DNA of 64,000 nt, taken from NCBI RefSeq assembly GCF_018350175.1, contig NC_058368.1, positions 193,752,001 through 193,816,000 of the forward strand, written 5' to 3'. A program made the translations under genes and the position numbers. This DNA is from Felis catus (Eukaryota). The notes under the pieces are model-generated. The model was not told the origin of the DNA. It saw only the letters and a list, made by a program, of their open reading frames with translations, and searched no databases. Below, in pieces: positions 1 through 13,334 of the stretch (its first letter is position 1; each line of letters starts with the position of its first letter).

Positions 1-791
1 AAAAATTTGAACTCAGCAAATGCAAATAAAAAAAGAAAGAGAAGATCATGATATTGTTATCCCGGCAGAGCAAAATATAAAGAAAAGGCATCATAGAAAA
101 AGTAGGAAACCTTATAATGCTAGAGGCTATGATTCATAATGAAGGTGTGCCAGTTATTAGTATTTATATACTTAGTAACACAGCAATATTTTCATTAAGC
201 AGAAACAAAAAAAGATGCAAAGAGAAATTGACATAGACACACTAATTATAAAAGATTTTTAACATATTTCTCAGTCTAAGACAAATGACACAATCTGAAA
301 GTGGGTAGGAACTTAAAAGATTTAAAGAACATAGTCAATAGAATAGATCTTAAGATACTGAACTATGAACTCACATACTAGAGAATATATCTTCTTTTCA
401 AGAGCACATGTAATGTTCACAAAAATTGATCATTTTACAGGCCACAAAGAGAAGCTTAATAAATTCCAAGGAATAGAAATAACATGAAGAACATCCTCTA
501 GCTCCCATGCACTAAACAAACTATAAAAAAGCAAAACCTGGGGCGCCTGGGTGGCGCAGTCGGTTACGTGTCCGACTTCAGCCAGGTCACGATCTCGCGG
601 TCCGTGAGTTCGAGCCCTGCGTCAGGCTCTGGACTGATGGCTCGGAGCCTGGAGCCTGTTTCCGATTCTGTGTCTCCCTCTCTCTCTGCCCCTCCCCCGT
701 TCACGCTCTGTCTCTCTCTGTCCCAAAAATAAATAAACGTTGAAAAAAAAATTAAAAAAAAAAAGCAAAACCATGAAGTCCCTTTACCTAG

Positions 792-826
<35 letters not shown>

Positions 827-1410
827 CCCCTTACTAAAAAAATTCTTGGATCACAGAATTTCTTGAAAATTCACAGTACTGACCACACATGTGCAAAATC
901 AGAATCTGTGGTACACAGCTAAAATCAGAGAAAATTTGACATTTAACATTAACATTAAAAATTAAGTTCTGAAAGTATATAAGTTAAAGACTAAATTCAA
1001 AAGATAGAAAAGAAAAAGCAAAGCAAAAGAAAACAGAAGAAATTCAGTTAGAAAACTGAGCATGAGTGGGATTAGTAAGTCCAAAGCTGTTTTTTAAAAA
1101 GAAAAAAATAAATATAGACAAACTACCAGCTTACTTAAGTAGGGAACAAAGAAAACATACATGTATATAAAATTAGAAATGACAAAGAAAACATAATCTT
1201 CAAAACACAGGAACTTTAAAGTCATCATAGATGATTTTGCACCACTCTATGCAATTAAGTTTGAAAACCTAAGTGAAATGGGTAATTTTAAAGAAGAATA
1301 TAGCTTATCAAAATTGACCATGGTAAAGACTGAACATCTGCAAAGATCAGACATCCATAGAAGAAATAGAAAAATATTGTTAAGTCATCCAAAGAAAACA
1401 TCATGCCCAG
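1..1410 (+). mobile_element. Ancient L1 (L1M-type) ORF2 endonuclease/tower fragment, interrupted by a SINE
   Basis: A-rich strand. Degenerate matches to ORF2 motifs KIDHILGHK..LNKF..IEI (~421-480) and LYANKxENLxEM (~1245-1285). Many stops. Confidence 0.75.
540..758 (+). mobile_element. Young felid CAN-SINE (SINEC_Fc type)
   Basis: GGGGCGCCTGGGTGGCGCAGTCGG head, B-box GAGTTCGAGCC, CT-rich body, A tail. TSD AAAAAAGCAAAACC at 525-538 and 759-772. CpGs largely intact. Confidence 0.97.
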
Positions 1411-1429
1411 GTTTTTGTTTTGTTTTGTT

Positions 1430-2530
1430 TTGTTTTGTCTCTCCCCACATGGTAACACTAATAAAGGACTCTAGCCAACTTGAAGAAGTTCTTACTGGCC
1501 AAATATAGGACATTTAAACACAAACAAAGATAATAGCTGCAAATAACCGAACAATATCTTATCTGTGATGATAGCAAAACAAATAAATCCTATCTGGTCA
1601 CCACTGGCAGGTGCTAGTGAATCAACCCATTATTTTGACAACTGGTAAAGAGCCCGTAAGAATGAGGCATTTCTCCTGCCTTTTCTATATGAACCACATC
1701 ACTTGGTATACAAATGGATGGTGATGGCAAACTTCTCTATGTAGAAATATTACAGCTAATAAATGAAGACCATTATTTTGCAATCTGTAATGAATTAAAG
1801 GATCACGTTATATATCATAAAAGTCTGCTAATATCACAAAAAGGCAACCAGACCTTACATGCTTTCTGATACAGTGATATAATATCACTTATGAATTAGT
1901 CTTGCCAAAAAAAAAAAAAAATCGATCCTCAGTCTGAACAAGCCTTTAGATCCAAACAATTTGCCAGAAGCTCAAAGATACAAGCAGCAAGGTACAGACT
2001 TCAGGAGTCTCTACAGGGCAAACAATCTGGTTTCTTTATTAAATTAAAGGAAAAGAAAAAAGATGGAGAGGAGCTTATAGATTAAAATGAATTTAAGGCA
2101 CATTAAGGCACATATTAACCAGTCAACATATGGACCTTGCTGGTGTCCTCACTGAAATGGTAAAAAGAAAAACACCGTGAAATCAAAATAGGAACATTGG
2201 ATATTTGTTAACATTAAATAATGATTATTTTAACATCTGATTGAGATGTGACAATGATATTGTGATTTTGCTTAAAAGAGGGAGAGAGACAGAGACAGAG
2301 AGAGAGAGAGACCTTGCCTTTCCAAGACAAATACAGAAATATTTACAGATGAAATGGTCTGATGTGTCAGATTTGCTTCAAATAAGCGGGAAGTAAGAGG
2401 AGAAATAAATAAAACAAGATTGGCCATAAGTTGAAAATTGTTGAAGCTGGTTCATGGATATATGGAATTTCATTATACTATTCTATTTTTGCATGTATTT
2501 CAGGTTTTCTCAATATAAAAATTAAAAGAA
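1430..2530 (+). mobile_element. Ancient L1 (L1MC/ME-like) 3' UTR region
   Basis: Typical old-L1 terminal text (AAAACAAGATTGGCCATAAGTTG...CATTATACTATTCT...) ending in an A-rich tail near 2520. Confidence 0.6.
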
Positions 2531-3364
2531 ATATATTATTAAAATTAAGGTATAATTCTCATGAATATCACATGATTATTGTTAACTAAACTGGGAGAAA
2601 GTGTCCATTATATCTGCTTTAACATATTTGAGATCACTGAAACTCTAGTAACAAAGGAATTAACATGTTCAGTAACAGAGGCGATAAATTCTCTTCCTTT
2701 GCTCCTCTGATTCTTTCTCCGTTTCCAGACATTCATTCAGCTTGTAGTTATAGAGCTGCTGATATTGTAAAAATGTTGCTTAGCAACATGTTAATGGGGA
2801 AAACCACTCCTTAAAACATTAGGGTTTTTGTCTTTTGAAATGTACTAGTTCAGCATATGATACCTCCCACAGCTCAATTTAACAAGAGGAAAAATATCAA
2901 CGTTCTGAATATAGGTTTTTTAAAATCTTCTTAGCTGGGCCTGAATTTAAAAAGAACCTGAGAAATGGAATATGACAATGACCCTGAACTACATACAGTT
3001 CCATTGGTCTCTTTTGGAAGAACAGTTTCTGAGATGATGAACTATAGCACTCTGTCCCTTACCTAGTATCTGAGGTAGGGGTGAAGGTGGCAAGGTGGAG
3101 AGGGTATGCAGGGAAAACACTCCAATCTTCATCCCTCACTCAGTATTATTATCCATAGAAAATGCATTGAATCGACTATTCAAGGATCTAGAAGGTGGGC
3201 CCAGTTAGTCCCTCTTTATAAAAGCCTCAGTGTATTTTCCAGGAAATCAGAGTATTGAACCAAATGCTCTTGAAAAACGTTTCTAACTACAAAAGCCCCT
3301 AGGCCAAAGCTTCTGAAATGTCATTGTGTTGACTGTGCCTTTGCTGGCCATCTTATGAAAATGT

Positions 3365-3478
3365 AGAGTCTGGTTCAGTAGCCTGATGTGGGGTCTTGAG
3401 GTTTTGTATTTCTAACAGTCTCCCAAGAGATGCTGGTTCTGCCGGTCGGGGGAACCACACTTTTATAGCAAGGCTCTA
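3365..3478. mobile_element. MER5A/MER5A1-like hAT-Charlie MITE fragment
   Basis: TTCAGTAG...GTATTTCTAACAGTCTCCCAAG.GATGCTG...ACCACACTTT..TAGCAAGG resembles the MER5 consensus. Confidence 0.6.
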
Positions 3479-3521
3479 TGTCACTCTGAACAAGCAGAGA
3501 GACAAAAAATGTCAGCCTTGA

Positions 3522-3720
3522 CATGGTGTATGGATAAGAGGACAGCCTGAGCATCTAAGAGACCTAGGTTCAAATCTTGGCTCTGTCTTTAGATGTGTTA
3601 CTGAGCCACCCTGGACTTCAGATTGTTCATCTGCAAAGTGGAAACATGAGCATTTTTTGAGAAGACTGAATGAGATAATGGCATCACTGTAACATTCTTA
3701 TCCAAGCACATAGTAAATAG
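3522..3720 (+). mobile_element. MIR SINE
   Basis: GGTTCAAATCTTGGCTCTG, CTTCAGATTGTTCATCTGCAAAGTGG, GAATGAGATAATG core. Confidence 0.65.
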
Positions 3721-4839
3721 TCTAATGATTAATTTTTGTTGGCTTAAAGAAAAACAGAGCATTTGTGAAGGATCGTGTTGCAGTAAGAGTCTTTGCCTCT
3801 TTATTTATGGGTGAGGCAGTTGGAAAAATTAGGAAGACTGGGTGTAGGTTCTTTTTGTCACTGTTGCAAATGTGGCCATCATATATTTAACTGGGCCTCA
3901 GTTTACACATTTGTCCAGTGAAAAGGTTGAACTCATTCCTTCTTGGTCCAAACATCCTAGGAATGTAGGAATGTGTTTTAGCTCCCCTACATGACTCAGT
4001 GCTGTGAGTTGTACCAAGGAGCTCCAAAGAATGGAACTCCCCATTTAATAAACTATAAGAGAGGGAGCAGTAGGTGGCAGAAAGCTTATCGGAAATGGAT
4101 GAAAAGCTCAGACCCACAAGACTGCCCAGAACAGTTCTATTTTAAAACCCAGTCCTTTTTAGCAACAGAGAGCCAGGACAGTGATTTAATTACTGATGGG
4201 CTACATCAGAGGCAAAATTGGAGCCAGCATCACAGAATCAGGACAAAGGGCAGATTGGCCAGCTCTGGGGAGGACAAGTCTTCTGAACTTTACCACTACA
4301 TTTCCTGTTGACGTATTTTCTTGAGTCTCTGATATGCAGAGCTTTAGCTTTTTTAAACAAATGTGCTTGGGAGTCTATGATTTTGTCCATTTGCTGAAGG
4401 ATTTTCTAAGCATCTGTCAGCTTCTGTCTGAATCATACATACACGTGTATATGAATCACTTCCTTCCCATTTCATGCCACAATCCCCACCCCCTCTTTCA
4501 TAGACACTCGCCCCCCCCCCAATCATCGTTTGAAAAGAATAAATGAAGGAACTAGGGATTTTGTGGTGATTGTCATACTTAAAATGTTTCATTTTTGAAA
4601 TCACAGGTGCTCGAAATTACTTGGAAGACTTCCCCATGAGGAGGATTCTAGGGGATCCTTAAATGATGGGGCTGGCACTGAGAGCTGCTTATTAGATGGA
4701 GGGTCCAATGACTGACATGACCACTTTGAACCTGAAAAGAACTTGAAGATTGTGTAAGCTTCAGCGTTATGATTAAGAAAATCCTAAAGTCTTAGGGAAG
4801 GTATCATAAATGTTATGTAATGACACCTAACTAATTTGG

Positions 4840-5095
4840 TAACAAGCATAGGTTCTGGAGAGGAATAGGCATAGCTTAGATTCCTGCTTCATCATAAATC
4901 AAATTTGTTAACTAAATGGGTGACCTTGGACAAGTTACCTCACATTTCGAATCCTCTTTGCCCTCTAGTGTTAAAAGGATATCTACGTCTATCTTAGGGT
5001 TCTGGTGAAGATAAAATGAAGTAGATTTCACATTTAGAATATTTGGGATGATTCCCAGAACAATGTCTTAGTTTATATAACAATAATAATAACAG
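4840..5095 (+). mobile_element. MIR SINE
   Basis: GTGACCTTGGACAAGTTACCTCAC core and TGAAGATAAAATGA segment. Confidence 0.65.
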
Positions 5096-5125
5096 TAACA
5101 TTTGAAAAATTTCGTAATTGGATAG

Positions 5126-5473
5126 AGCAAAGGTGTCAAACAGATAGCCTATGGGCTGGATTCCACCTGCAGACTTATTTTGTCTGCCCTTTATAGCTGT
5201 GGTCAGGTTGCTTTTTTTGTTGCTGTTATTTGGCAATATTTTTTAAAGGCATTTTTTGGCATTATAATCTACATTTCTTGAAATGTTTTGAAATAGCAGA
5301 ACATCTGGCACATACCAAGCCCACACTCCTGCATAACAGTCATCATTTGGAAGTGAATGGCTTATCCCTTTGCCACAGTCTCCACCATTCTCTGTTGTCT
5401 TGCTTTTGCACTACTTTACTTCATGTGTGTTGCCTTCAGTATTTGAGTAGGTATTTGCATCTGTCATCCCTTG
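5126..5473. mobile_element. hAT-Charlie element, MER102-like
   Basis: Imperfect TIRs CAAAGGTGTCAAA ... TGTCATCCCTTG. Internal TTGCCACAGTCTCCACCATTCTCTGTTGTCTT resembles MER102. Confidence 0.55.
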
Positions 5474-6300
5474 ATATGGTGCCGAGAATGTAACATCATG
5501 TTTCAGTGTGATTTGTCTGGCAACAGCAATCATGAGCAGGTTAGTAGAAACTAATCCACTAATAATTTGTGCATCCACTAATAATTTGAGAGAATGTCGT
5601 GTAACACAGTACATTAGAGTAGAGTAGCTACTCCACTCTATGAGCTATGTGTTAGAGTAGCTCATATTGGGATACCTGCCCAGGTCATACTCAATTCTTC
5701 AAAATTATTTGCTCTTCCTATCCACAGCCCTGCAGAAGGGGGAGGAGTTAGCTAGATAGCACTAGGTACTTTATGAGACTAGCCTTATGTTGGTCACAGA
5801 TGGATAGAGCAGAAGCCAACACCTGGTCTGAGACAAACAATTGGATTCTCTCTCCCAGAAGTTCTGAACTACGACGGTGAGAAGCTGTGTCTGATAGCAG
5901 CACTGGAACTAAATCTCACATAGAAATGGAGCTGAATGGAGGTGGCAGGAGACACAGGTAAAGGCCTTGCAAACCTAAGTTCTAAGTTGGTAGCCAGGAG
6001 TCACCAGAGGAAGTCAATCTGCTAATGGAAATAGGAAAGTGGAAATAACCATGCAGTGTCCCAGAAAAACAAAAAAGTATCTATTCCTGATGTTCCAGTC
6101 CCTGGAGTTAGGCAGAGTGGTTGTACATGTACAAGGAATGATCACTCATTCCTTGACTTTTTTTTTTAAATAGATCTATGGCATCATTCTAATTATTTTC
6201 TTAGCCCTCAGAACACTTCTTTGTCTCCTATGTTGGCTTTTTTTCCTATGCTTGATCTCAAAATGTAGTTAGTTCCCTTCTCTTTTCTATTCACATTTCC

Positions 6301-6628
6301 TGTTTTGGACTGAATGTTTGTGCCCTACCCTGAAATTTATATGTTGAAATCTAATCCCCAGTATGGTGGTATTTGGAATTGGGGACATTTGTGAGGTAAT
6401 TCATGCCTTTATAAAAAAAGAACTGGAAATCTTCCTCACCCCTTTCACCACAGGAGGACACAGGAAGAAGACAACTGTCTCAGAACAGGTAGCAAGCTCT
6501 TGCCAGACACTGAACCTGCCAGCATGTTGATCTTCTCAGCCTCCAGAACTGCGGGGAATAAATGTCTGTTGTGTATAACCCACTCAATCTATGGTATTCT
6601 CTTCTAGCAGCCTGAATGGACTGAGACA
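6301..6628 (+). mobile_element. MaLR solo LTR (MLT1A-like)
   Basis: TG...CA ends. GGACTGAATGTTTGTG start, CCTCCAGAACTG..AATAAATGTCTGTTG, GCAGCCTGAATGGACTGAGACA end. Confidence 0.8.
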
Positions 6629-6684
6629 TATTCATTAGATGATCTCAGTTTAACACTAATTATATGCTAATATATCTTAAGTTT

Positions 6685-6922
6685 TTATGTATATATATAT
6701 ATATATATACATAATATATATATAATTAGACAATTATGTATTAGATATAATATATAATTAGACAATTAAAAATATATATTTATTATATAATATATATTAT
6801 ATGTAATATTATAATTATTATATATTATATACAATATAGAGAAATATATTTAAATATCTAAATAAATATATATAAATATATATATAATATATAATATATA
6901 TATATTTTTTAATTGTCTAATT
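6685..6922. repeat. (TA)n / AT-rich low-complexity tract with internal direct and inverted copies
   Basis: Directly visible. AATTAGACAATTA occurs twice, and its reverse complement lies at 6910-6922. Confidence 0.9.
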
Positions 6923-7584
6923 CCTTATTTGAATGAGTAGGGCAGTCACCTTGGGCAATCTTCACTATCTGGTCAAGAGCAGTACCTGACACGAAGTAGA
7001 TAGTAAATATGTGCTAAATGAATGCGTGAGTGAACAAATATACTGGATTTGTGTCTCCTGCCCAGACCTAAGCCATTCATCTTGAACCAAGCCCCTGCCA
7101 CACTAAATATCACTCCTTTCTCCAGTTTGCCAAGCTTTTTCCTGTTTTATAGACTTGGAAGATGCTTCCCCTCCACCTGCAAAGCTTTCCTTGGGCTCTT
7201 CCTTCACATGTTGGCTTAAAAGCTTTCCCCTCTCCACAGAAACTTATACTTTTTAGGTGCTTTGGCAATTATGCTCTTGATAGTCTTGGAAAAAAACAAT
7301 GACTTTCACAGATGGCTTTGTAATGGCATTAATCGTGTACATTTCTATAGTTTACGAAGTCCCTTTGCATCTATTATCACAGTTAATTCTTAAAACAATT
7401 TTGCACAATTGTGCACAGCAAAGGAGAGTTGACATAAGGAGGTCGAAAGAGCTAATAGGAGTCAATCAGGATCAGAGCCCAAATTTTCTGTTTACCAGCC
7501 CCTTGCTCTATTGATAGACCACAAGGCCTCTATTGTAAAAACTATACTGCTATTACTACTCTCACTACTGCTACTTCTATGATC

Positions 7585-7810
7585 TAGGGTTTATTGAGCA
7601 CTTACTACATAACAAGCCCTGAGCTAGGTGTCTTCTCTTAATTAGATCAGTTAATCATCACAACAACCTCACTGAGTTGATACTTCTATTGCTCTTTTAT
7701 GACAGATGAAGAAACAGACATGGAGATATCAGAGATCTGATAAATGGGTCAGCCAAGATGTGAGCCCAGGTTTTTCTGATCTCTGAAACTAAACTGTACA
7801 CTACTATACT
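7585..7810 (-). mobile_element. MIR SINE
   Basis: TTTATTGAGCACTTACTA...TAATCATCACAACAACC...ACAGATGAAGAAACAGA. Confidence 0.75.
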
Positions 7811-9759
7811 GTAGTCCTTCTTGCTGCAAAGAGAAGTCAAAGAAAAACATCTGGGATTTTGACAGTCACTCATGCAGAATAATCCAGGACCATGTTGTTG
7901 GTAATTATCCCAAACCCTTTGACGTGCGATGAAGAGTTATCCAAAACCTTGTGCCAACAGGAAGCACGGAAAGATGTGACTGAATATGAGCCACTTCACC
8001 AACATCCCCTCTGATACAGGGGCTTAATTAATGCACTTAATTGTTGAGAGATATGTAATGAGAGTATTCAGAGCCTTGGCTGTGCATTTCTTTCCTATTG
8101 TCAACTGTGTTAATTTGCAACAATGCTCAAGATGCTGGCTGAGTGAAAACAGGCTAAATGAAAACTCTATTTTTTTCAGAGTGGGAGAAAAAGTAATCAC
8201 ACTGGATAATTTGATTTTGATGCACTGCTTCCCTCCACCTCCGCCCCCCCTTATAAATGCACATACTCTTTGTAAATAGGTGAAGGTGTGTGATCTTTTG
8301 GTGAACATAGAAAGGCAGATTGCCACCAATGTAGCAAAGGGAACTCTGTCAAGCCTTCCTCTATGTGGTGGATTCTGGATTATCTTTCATTCAGGTAAAG
8401 AAAAAAGGAGGGAGGGATAAAGAAAACATTCAGTGAGTGTGACTCTGTAAAGCATTATATTAGGATCACTCACACCCATTCTTTAACTGAATCTTCAGAA
8501 ATCTCTGGGGAGCAACTACTTGTACTCCCATTTTACAGATGAAAGGAGCTCTTGACTTGATTCCTCCTGTGACAGGAACTGAAAGAATAGTTAATACACC
8601 TGTCACATCTAGAAATATACCAAGGGGACACATTAAGAGATAAGGGGAAAAATTGAATAGAGGAATGGGGTTAGTGGTGGGAACATGGAGCTAGGATTAT
8701 ATTGTATTAGCCTCAAAGAAACCAAGTACCTAAACTCCCAAACTGGATTTCACAATGATTGAATCAGATAACCAAACAAGTGCTTGTGCAACTTAAAATA
8801 TATTTAGTTACCTAATTTAAATTTCCCATAATAATAGTAATGACAACAAAAACATTCATTTTCAAATTCAAAGGTGTTTTTTTTTCACCCCCCCCCCCCA
8901 AATGGTTTAATTACATTTGAGTACTTACTTTGCCCTTCTTTCAACCTTCCAAATCTTAGGTTTGATTGAAAAGCAAATTCTCTTTATACAGAGCCCAAGC
9001 CTCTTGTCTCTGGACTTCATAGGGAACGGCTTTTCAAATCATTTTCACTCAGTTCACACTATGAAAGATCAAAGAACTATGCTTTATGCCCATTCCAGAA
9101 GTCCCTCTGGGATTAGCCCATCATGAATATAAATCATTGTAGTTGTTATGTTTCCCAAATACCCATTCATCATCCATCTTAGCATTGTTCAAAGAGACAT
9201 GGGGTCAGTTCAGCTCTCACCTTCACAAGGCTTTGTGATTCTGTTTGAGCAGCCAGGGGAGCACTGGAGACAATTAGCTCCTCGCTGCTGTGGCTGCAGC
9301 CAAGGGTCTCCCCCATGGGGATGAGAAGTGGTATCCCTAGGAGGAAGCTCCATTCAGGCATCAAGTGTAGCTCTTGGCCAAGGAGGCAGCGCCTCTTTCT
9401 ACCCTCCCACTCAGGTCCTTTTTTGTGTAGCAAGACAAAAGCAAACAATGGCCACCTCCTCTCTCCTGGAGGTGACAAGCAGAAGGAAAGTATAAAGCTA
9501 GCTTTTGAAAACTCAACCATTGAACTCCCTGCCACCCCAAGAACCTGACCTGAATCTACTTTCTGACAACCACAGGAGGCAATTGTCCTTTTCTTTAAGA
9601 AGCTGCAAGCTTAGAAAGAGACCACCAAGAGGGAAAGGGATTATCTTCCCAAAAGGTCTTAAAGAATATCAAAGCTGGATGGTCTCTGAGTGATTATCGA
9701 GTCCAACCTCCTTAATTTATAGAAACCCTAAGGACAGGAAAGATTTAGTGTAAACCATA

Positions 9760-10240
9760 TAGCAGACTCTCCCAAATTCATCAGAACAACCTGCTGATTA
9801 GTCAAAACTGAGATTGTCAACTACCATGGTAAGAGAAAACACTACCTACCTAGAAAGTCTTGATTGCATCTTGGAAGCCAAGAGTAGTCAGGGTATTTGT
9901 TGAGACCTTGAAGTCTGGTTTAAGGAGCATCCTTCAAGGGAATAGGGAGGTGTTGTTAGGATTGGATGAGGATCATGATTCAACAGTTTAGAATTAGTAA
10001 ACACAAGAGGGCAGGATTTTGAGGCAAGGGGCTGAAAGTCTTGAGGAATAGTCACCCATTTTCCTATGAAGAGTTGATGGGTCTTTCAGAAACATCTTAA
10101 AATTCACAATTAAATTATTTGCAACTTTTATCTTTCTGGATAAAATTTCCTGGAAATCTATGCTGATGAAGACAGGGAACTGGTAAGCCATATCAGAGTA
10201 AACAGTAAACTGTGTGGGGATAGACAAGTTTGGATCTCAT
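9760..10240. mobile_element. Ancient LTR (LTR78/79-like, family uncertain)
   Basis: Resembles recalled consensus text (AAGTCTGGTTTAAGG, TAGGATTGG.TGAGGATCATGAT, GAAGAGTTGATGGGTCTTTCAG). Confidence 0.5.
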
Positions 10241-11614
10241 AATCCAAGACACCAATTTACAAGTGAAATCTTGCTACAAGCCACACAGCACTTTCACTGC
10301 AGACATTTAACTGGGCCAGGTCTCAGACTCCCCTCCCACAGTCCATGTTATAGGAGTGAGATAGGAATTGAGATAAGAGAATATGTGTTGGAGAGGAGCC
10401 TAGATACCTCGGAGAGGAGTCCTGAGAAGTCTCTCTGAGGAGTTGACATTTAAAATTTACCCAGAACATGCCAAGAACTCAGAGCTCTTCAAGCTGGAGG
10501 AAAGCAGTAGCAAAAGCAGTAGACAGCTTGGGATTTGAGGGAAAAAAAAGTGTGTGTGTCTAAAGCCCAGTGAGCAAGAAAAGAGAAGTAGGAGATGAGG
10601 TCAGGCTGGAAGGCAGGGACAGATCATCAGGGACCTTTGGGTGCTCTCAGAATGCCTGACTGGGATGGGTTGGTACTGAGGTTGCATGTGCTGAATGCAC
10701 CCTGTTTATTTACCTCATGAAAACTCATAGTTGGAGCCATTCTTCTATACATCGTGAAGAAGACCATGTCCAGATTCTCCACAGAGAGGGGCTAGAAAAT
10801 ACTCAAATATTCAGTTGTTCATTTTTTTCTCAGAAAAGTAAAAAAAAAAAAAAAATACATCAACTAAGCTAGCTGTGGGCCTTCACACAGCAGTAAATTA
10901 TCTTTTTTTTTAATTTTTGGCTTGTTTGCAAGAAACAACTATGATTCCAGGATAGTCTCCTCTTATTCTTAGCCATTATCATGCTCCAGCATCATTTTCA
11001 ATTTCTAATGTTGAGCTGGATGGTTTTTATGGCCTCTCAGCTAGAGAAAAATGAAAATGAATGTACAAAAAGAATGACAAGATTTATTTGGGGGATACTG
11101 GTAGTTCTTTCTAAAGCAAAAAATAACCCTTTAGTAGGATATAATAGGGACAAAATTTGCTTTTTTAAAATGTACACACACACAGGTAACTAATTGGAAA
11201 AATTCACATGATGTATGTTTAGTATTATTCAATAGATAATGATTTAAGATTTTTCAGAGTATTATTTGATGCTTACATGAAACCACTCAATAGTCTATAT
11301 GCAAGCTAACCAAGGCTGTGAAACAGATTTGAAAAGCCAGGAATTCAGCGACTAATGGAAAATAGCAAAGTACTCAATTCATCCACTAAAAGAGTTCATT
11401 CCTATTGTATGAATTCAAACACAGCAAAGTATTTGCATACTGACATTTGGGTGTGCATGAACTGTTTTAAAACTCATTCTTTTTTCACTATTACATCTCA
11501 AGAAATGAACACCATCACTGCAGATAAAATCATTGGGCAGAGTCCAAGTGATGTTAGCTTTCAGGGTAGGCCTTTCCCCAGACAAGCTTGGACATTGTGA
11601 ATGATCTGGGAGGC

Positions 11615-11830
11615 AGTGTTGCCCACAAGTTAATGGTGTGGGTTTTCAGTTTTGAGTCTCATTTCTAACCTGAAAAGCTAGTTTCATGAACTTGGGAAAG
11701 TTATTTAACTTCTATGACACTCGGTCTTCCAGCCTTTGATATGGGGATTACAGTAACAACATGGGGTGTCTCTGGGTATTCAAACAGACTGTATAGAGCT
11801 TTTAGCTCAAGACCTGAATCTTTTAAAATT
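11615..11830 (+). mobile_element. MIR SINE
   Basis: ACTTGGGAAAGTTATTTAACTTCT core and ATGGGGATTACAGTA. Confidence 0.6.
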
Positions 11831-12407
11831 TTAACCAATATTATTATATATATTGATTAAGAGATATACTGCAGTCAATTCCAGAAGTAAATGGCTGCTG
11901 CTTGTGTGTGCGTGTGTGTGGTGTGTTTGGACACACAGGTGCAGGTATAAAGCAAAATACCAACTAGTAAATGGAAGTTAAGGATGAAAGGCTATAGTCC
12001 CTGCTTGCCTTTTTTCTGTTCCTTATCACATTTCTTGGAGGAAACCTCTCTTTACTGTTTTTCTTTTTTTCTGAGGGTACTCTTGTCTAAATTGTACGCA
12101 TTTCTTGATTCATTAATAGTAGGAAATATCTTTTTACTCCATTATGTAAGAATCAAAGATTAATTTGTTCCACTAGTCTTTCTTCTTAGCCTCTTGTTTC
12201 CTCCCAGTGTTTAATACTTGTATTATTATTTTTATTTCTTCAATTACTCATTTTTTTCTAACTTTTAAAGGATACAGTTGCACATTTGTCTTTTGTTCTC
12301 TATCAATTTTAGGAACCCTCTAAACTTCCCTCTGTAACTTGAAGACATTTGTTCTCCACCTCTTTCCTCCCTAATTTCTAAGAGCCATCTCTGGATGTAT
12401 TTGAGAG

Positions 12408-12822
12408 GTGTCATAGGGCAAATTTACTAAAACTAGAGCCTGCAATGGGGATTTGCAGAGGCTGTGCTTCCAGCAGGAGCATATAAAGGAGCGAGGTAAG
12501 CAGGGCAGGAAAAGGGAAGAAGCCAGGCAAAGATGTGGTTTTCACCTGGGGTCTAGCTTCACCTTGCTCCCATGGAGAGCTCTGGAGTGTGAATTGTACC
12601 ATAGAGTAAGGTGACCACTTGGACCTCCTCTCTGAGGCAGTCTCTGGCTGTAGGCTACCTGCAGAAAAAGCATGACTTTTCTGGGAAGGCAGGTCCTGTC
12701 AGCTAGGACCTAGAGCAGGGGGCAGCTGTGAGCCATTACCAGCCTAGATTCTTGGTAGCTACAGGATGGATGCACATGCAAGGTAAGGGGTTCTGGATAG
12801 AGTACCAGCAATCTGTAACACA
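12408..12822 (-). mobile_element. Ancient ERVL-class LTR (LTR16/33/40-like)
   Basis: AGAGCCTG..ATGGGGATTTG, GAGAGCTCTGGAGTGTGAATT, GGCAGCTGTGAGCC motifs. Ends in CA. Confidence 0.5.
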
Positions 12823-13334
12823 TGGTGATAATGAGGACAGTATGACGAAGACAATGTCCCTTGCCTTCTCATCACTCTCACATGTATTTGAGATTCATCT
12901 TTAAAAGTATTTTCACTTGTATTTTTCATCTGGTCCCCACACAAATACCCATATACACACCACAATCACGACTGCCACTGAAAATACCAAAAAAAAAAAA
13001 AAAAAAAAAAAAAAAGTTAATGTTGGTGTTATTCCCTCTGTTTTAAAAGTTAAATAAAGATCCTGAAGTGGTTATGTCTCTTGCCCAATACTCCACTGTA
13101 ACTGGAAAGAATAGGACCTAATTTCAGATAGTCTCATTCCAAATCTGGTATTCTATAAGAACACCCCTAGTTCCTTTCTTTATAGCACTTTGCATTAAAT
13201 CCATTTGCCATATATTTATGCTCCTCCATAGTTGGCCTGACTTTGAGGATAAACTTTTTTTCTCTACACACATTTTTTTCTTTTGCATTTCAGATTGGTC
13301 TCTCAATATCTCTGATTGGCCTTTTTCATTTCCA

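Noticed and set aside
12989..13015. Isolated polyA runs (also 797-824) as processed pseudogene tails
   Set aside because: No TSD or upstream mRNA-like sequence, so slippage expansion is simpler.
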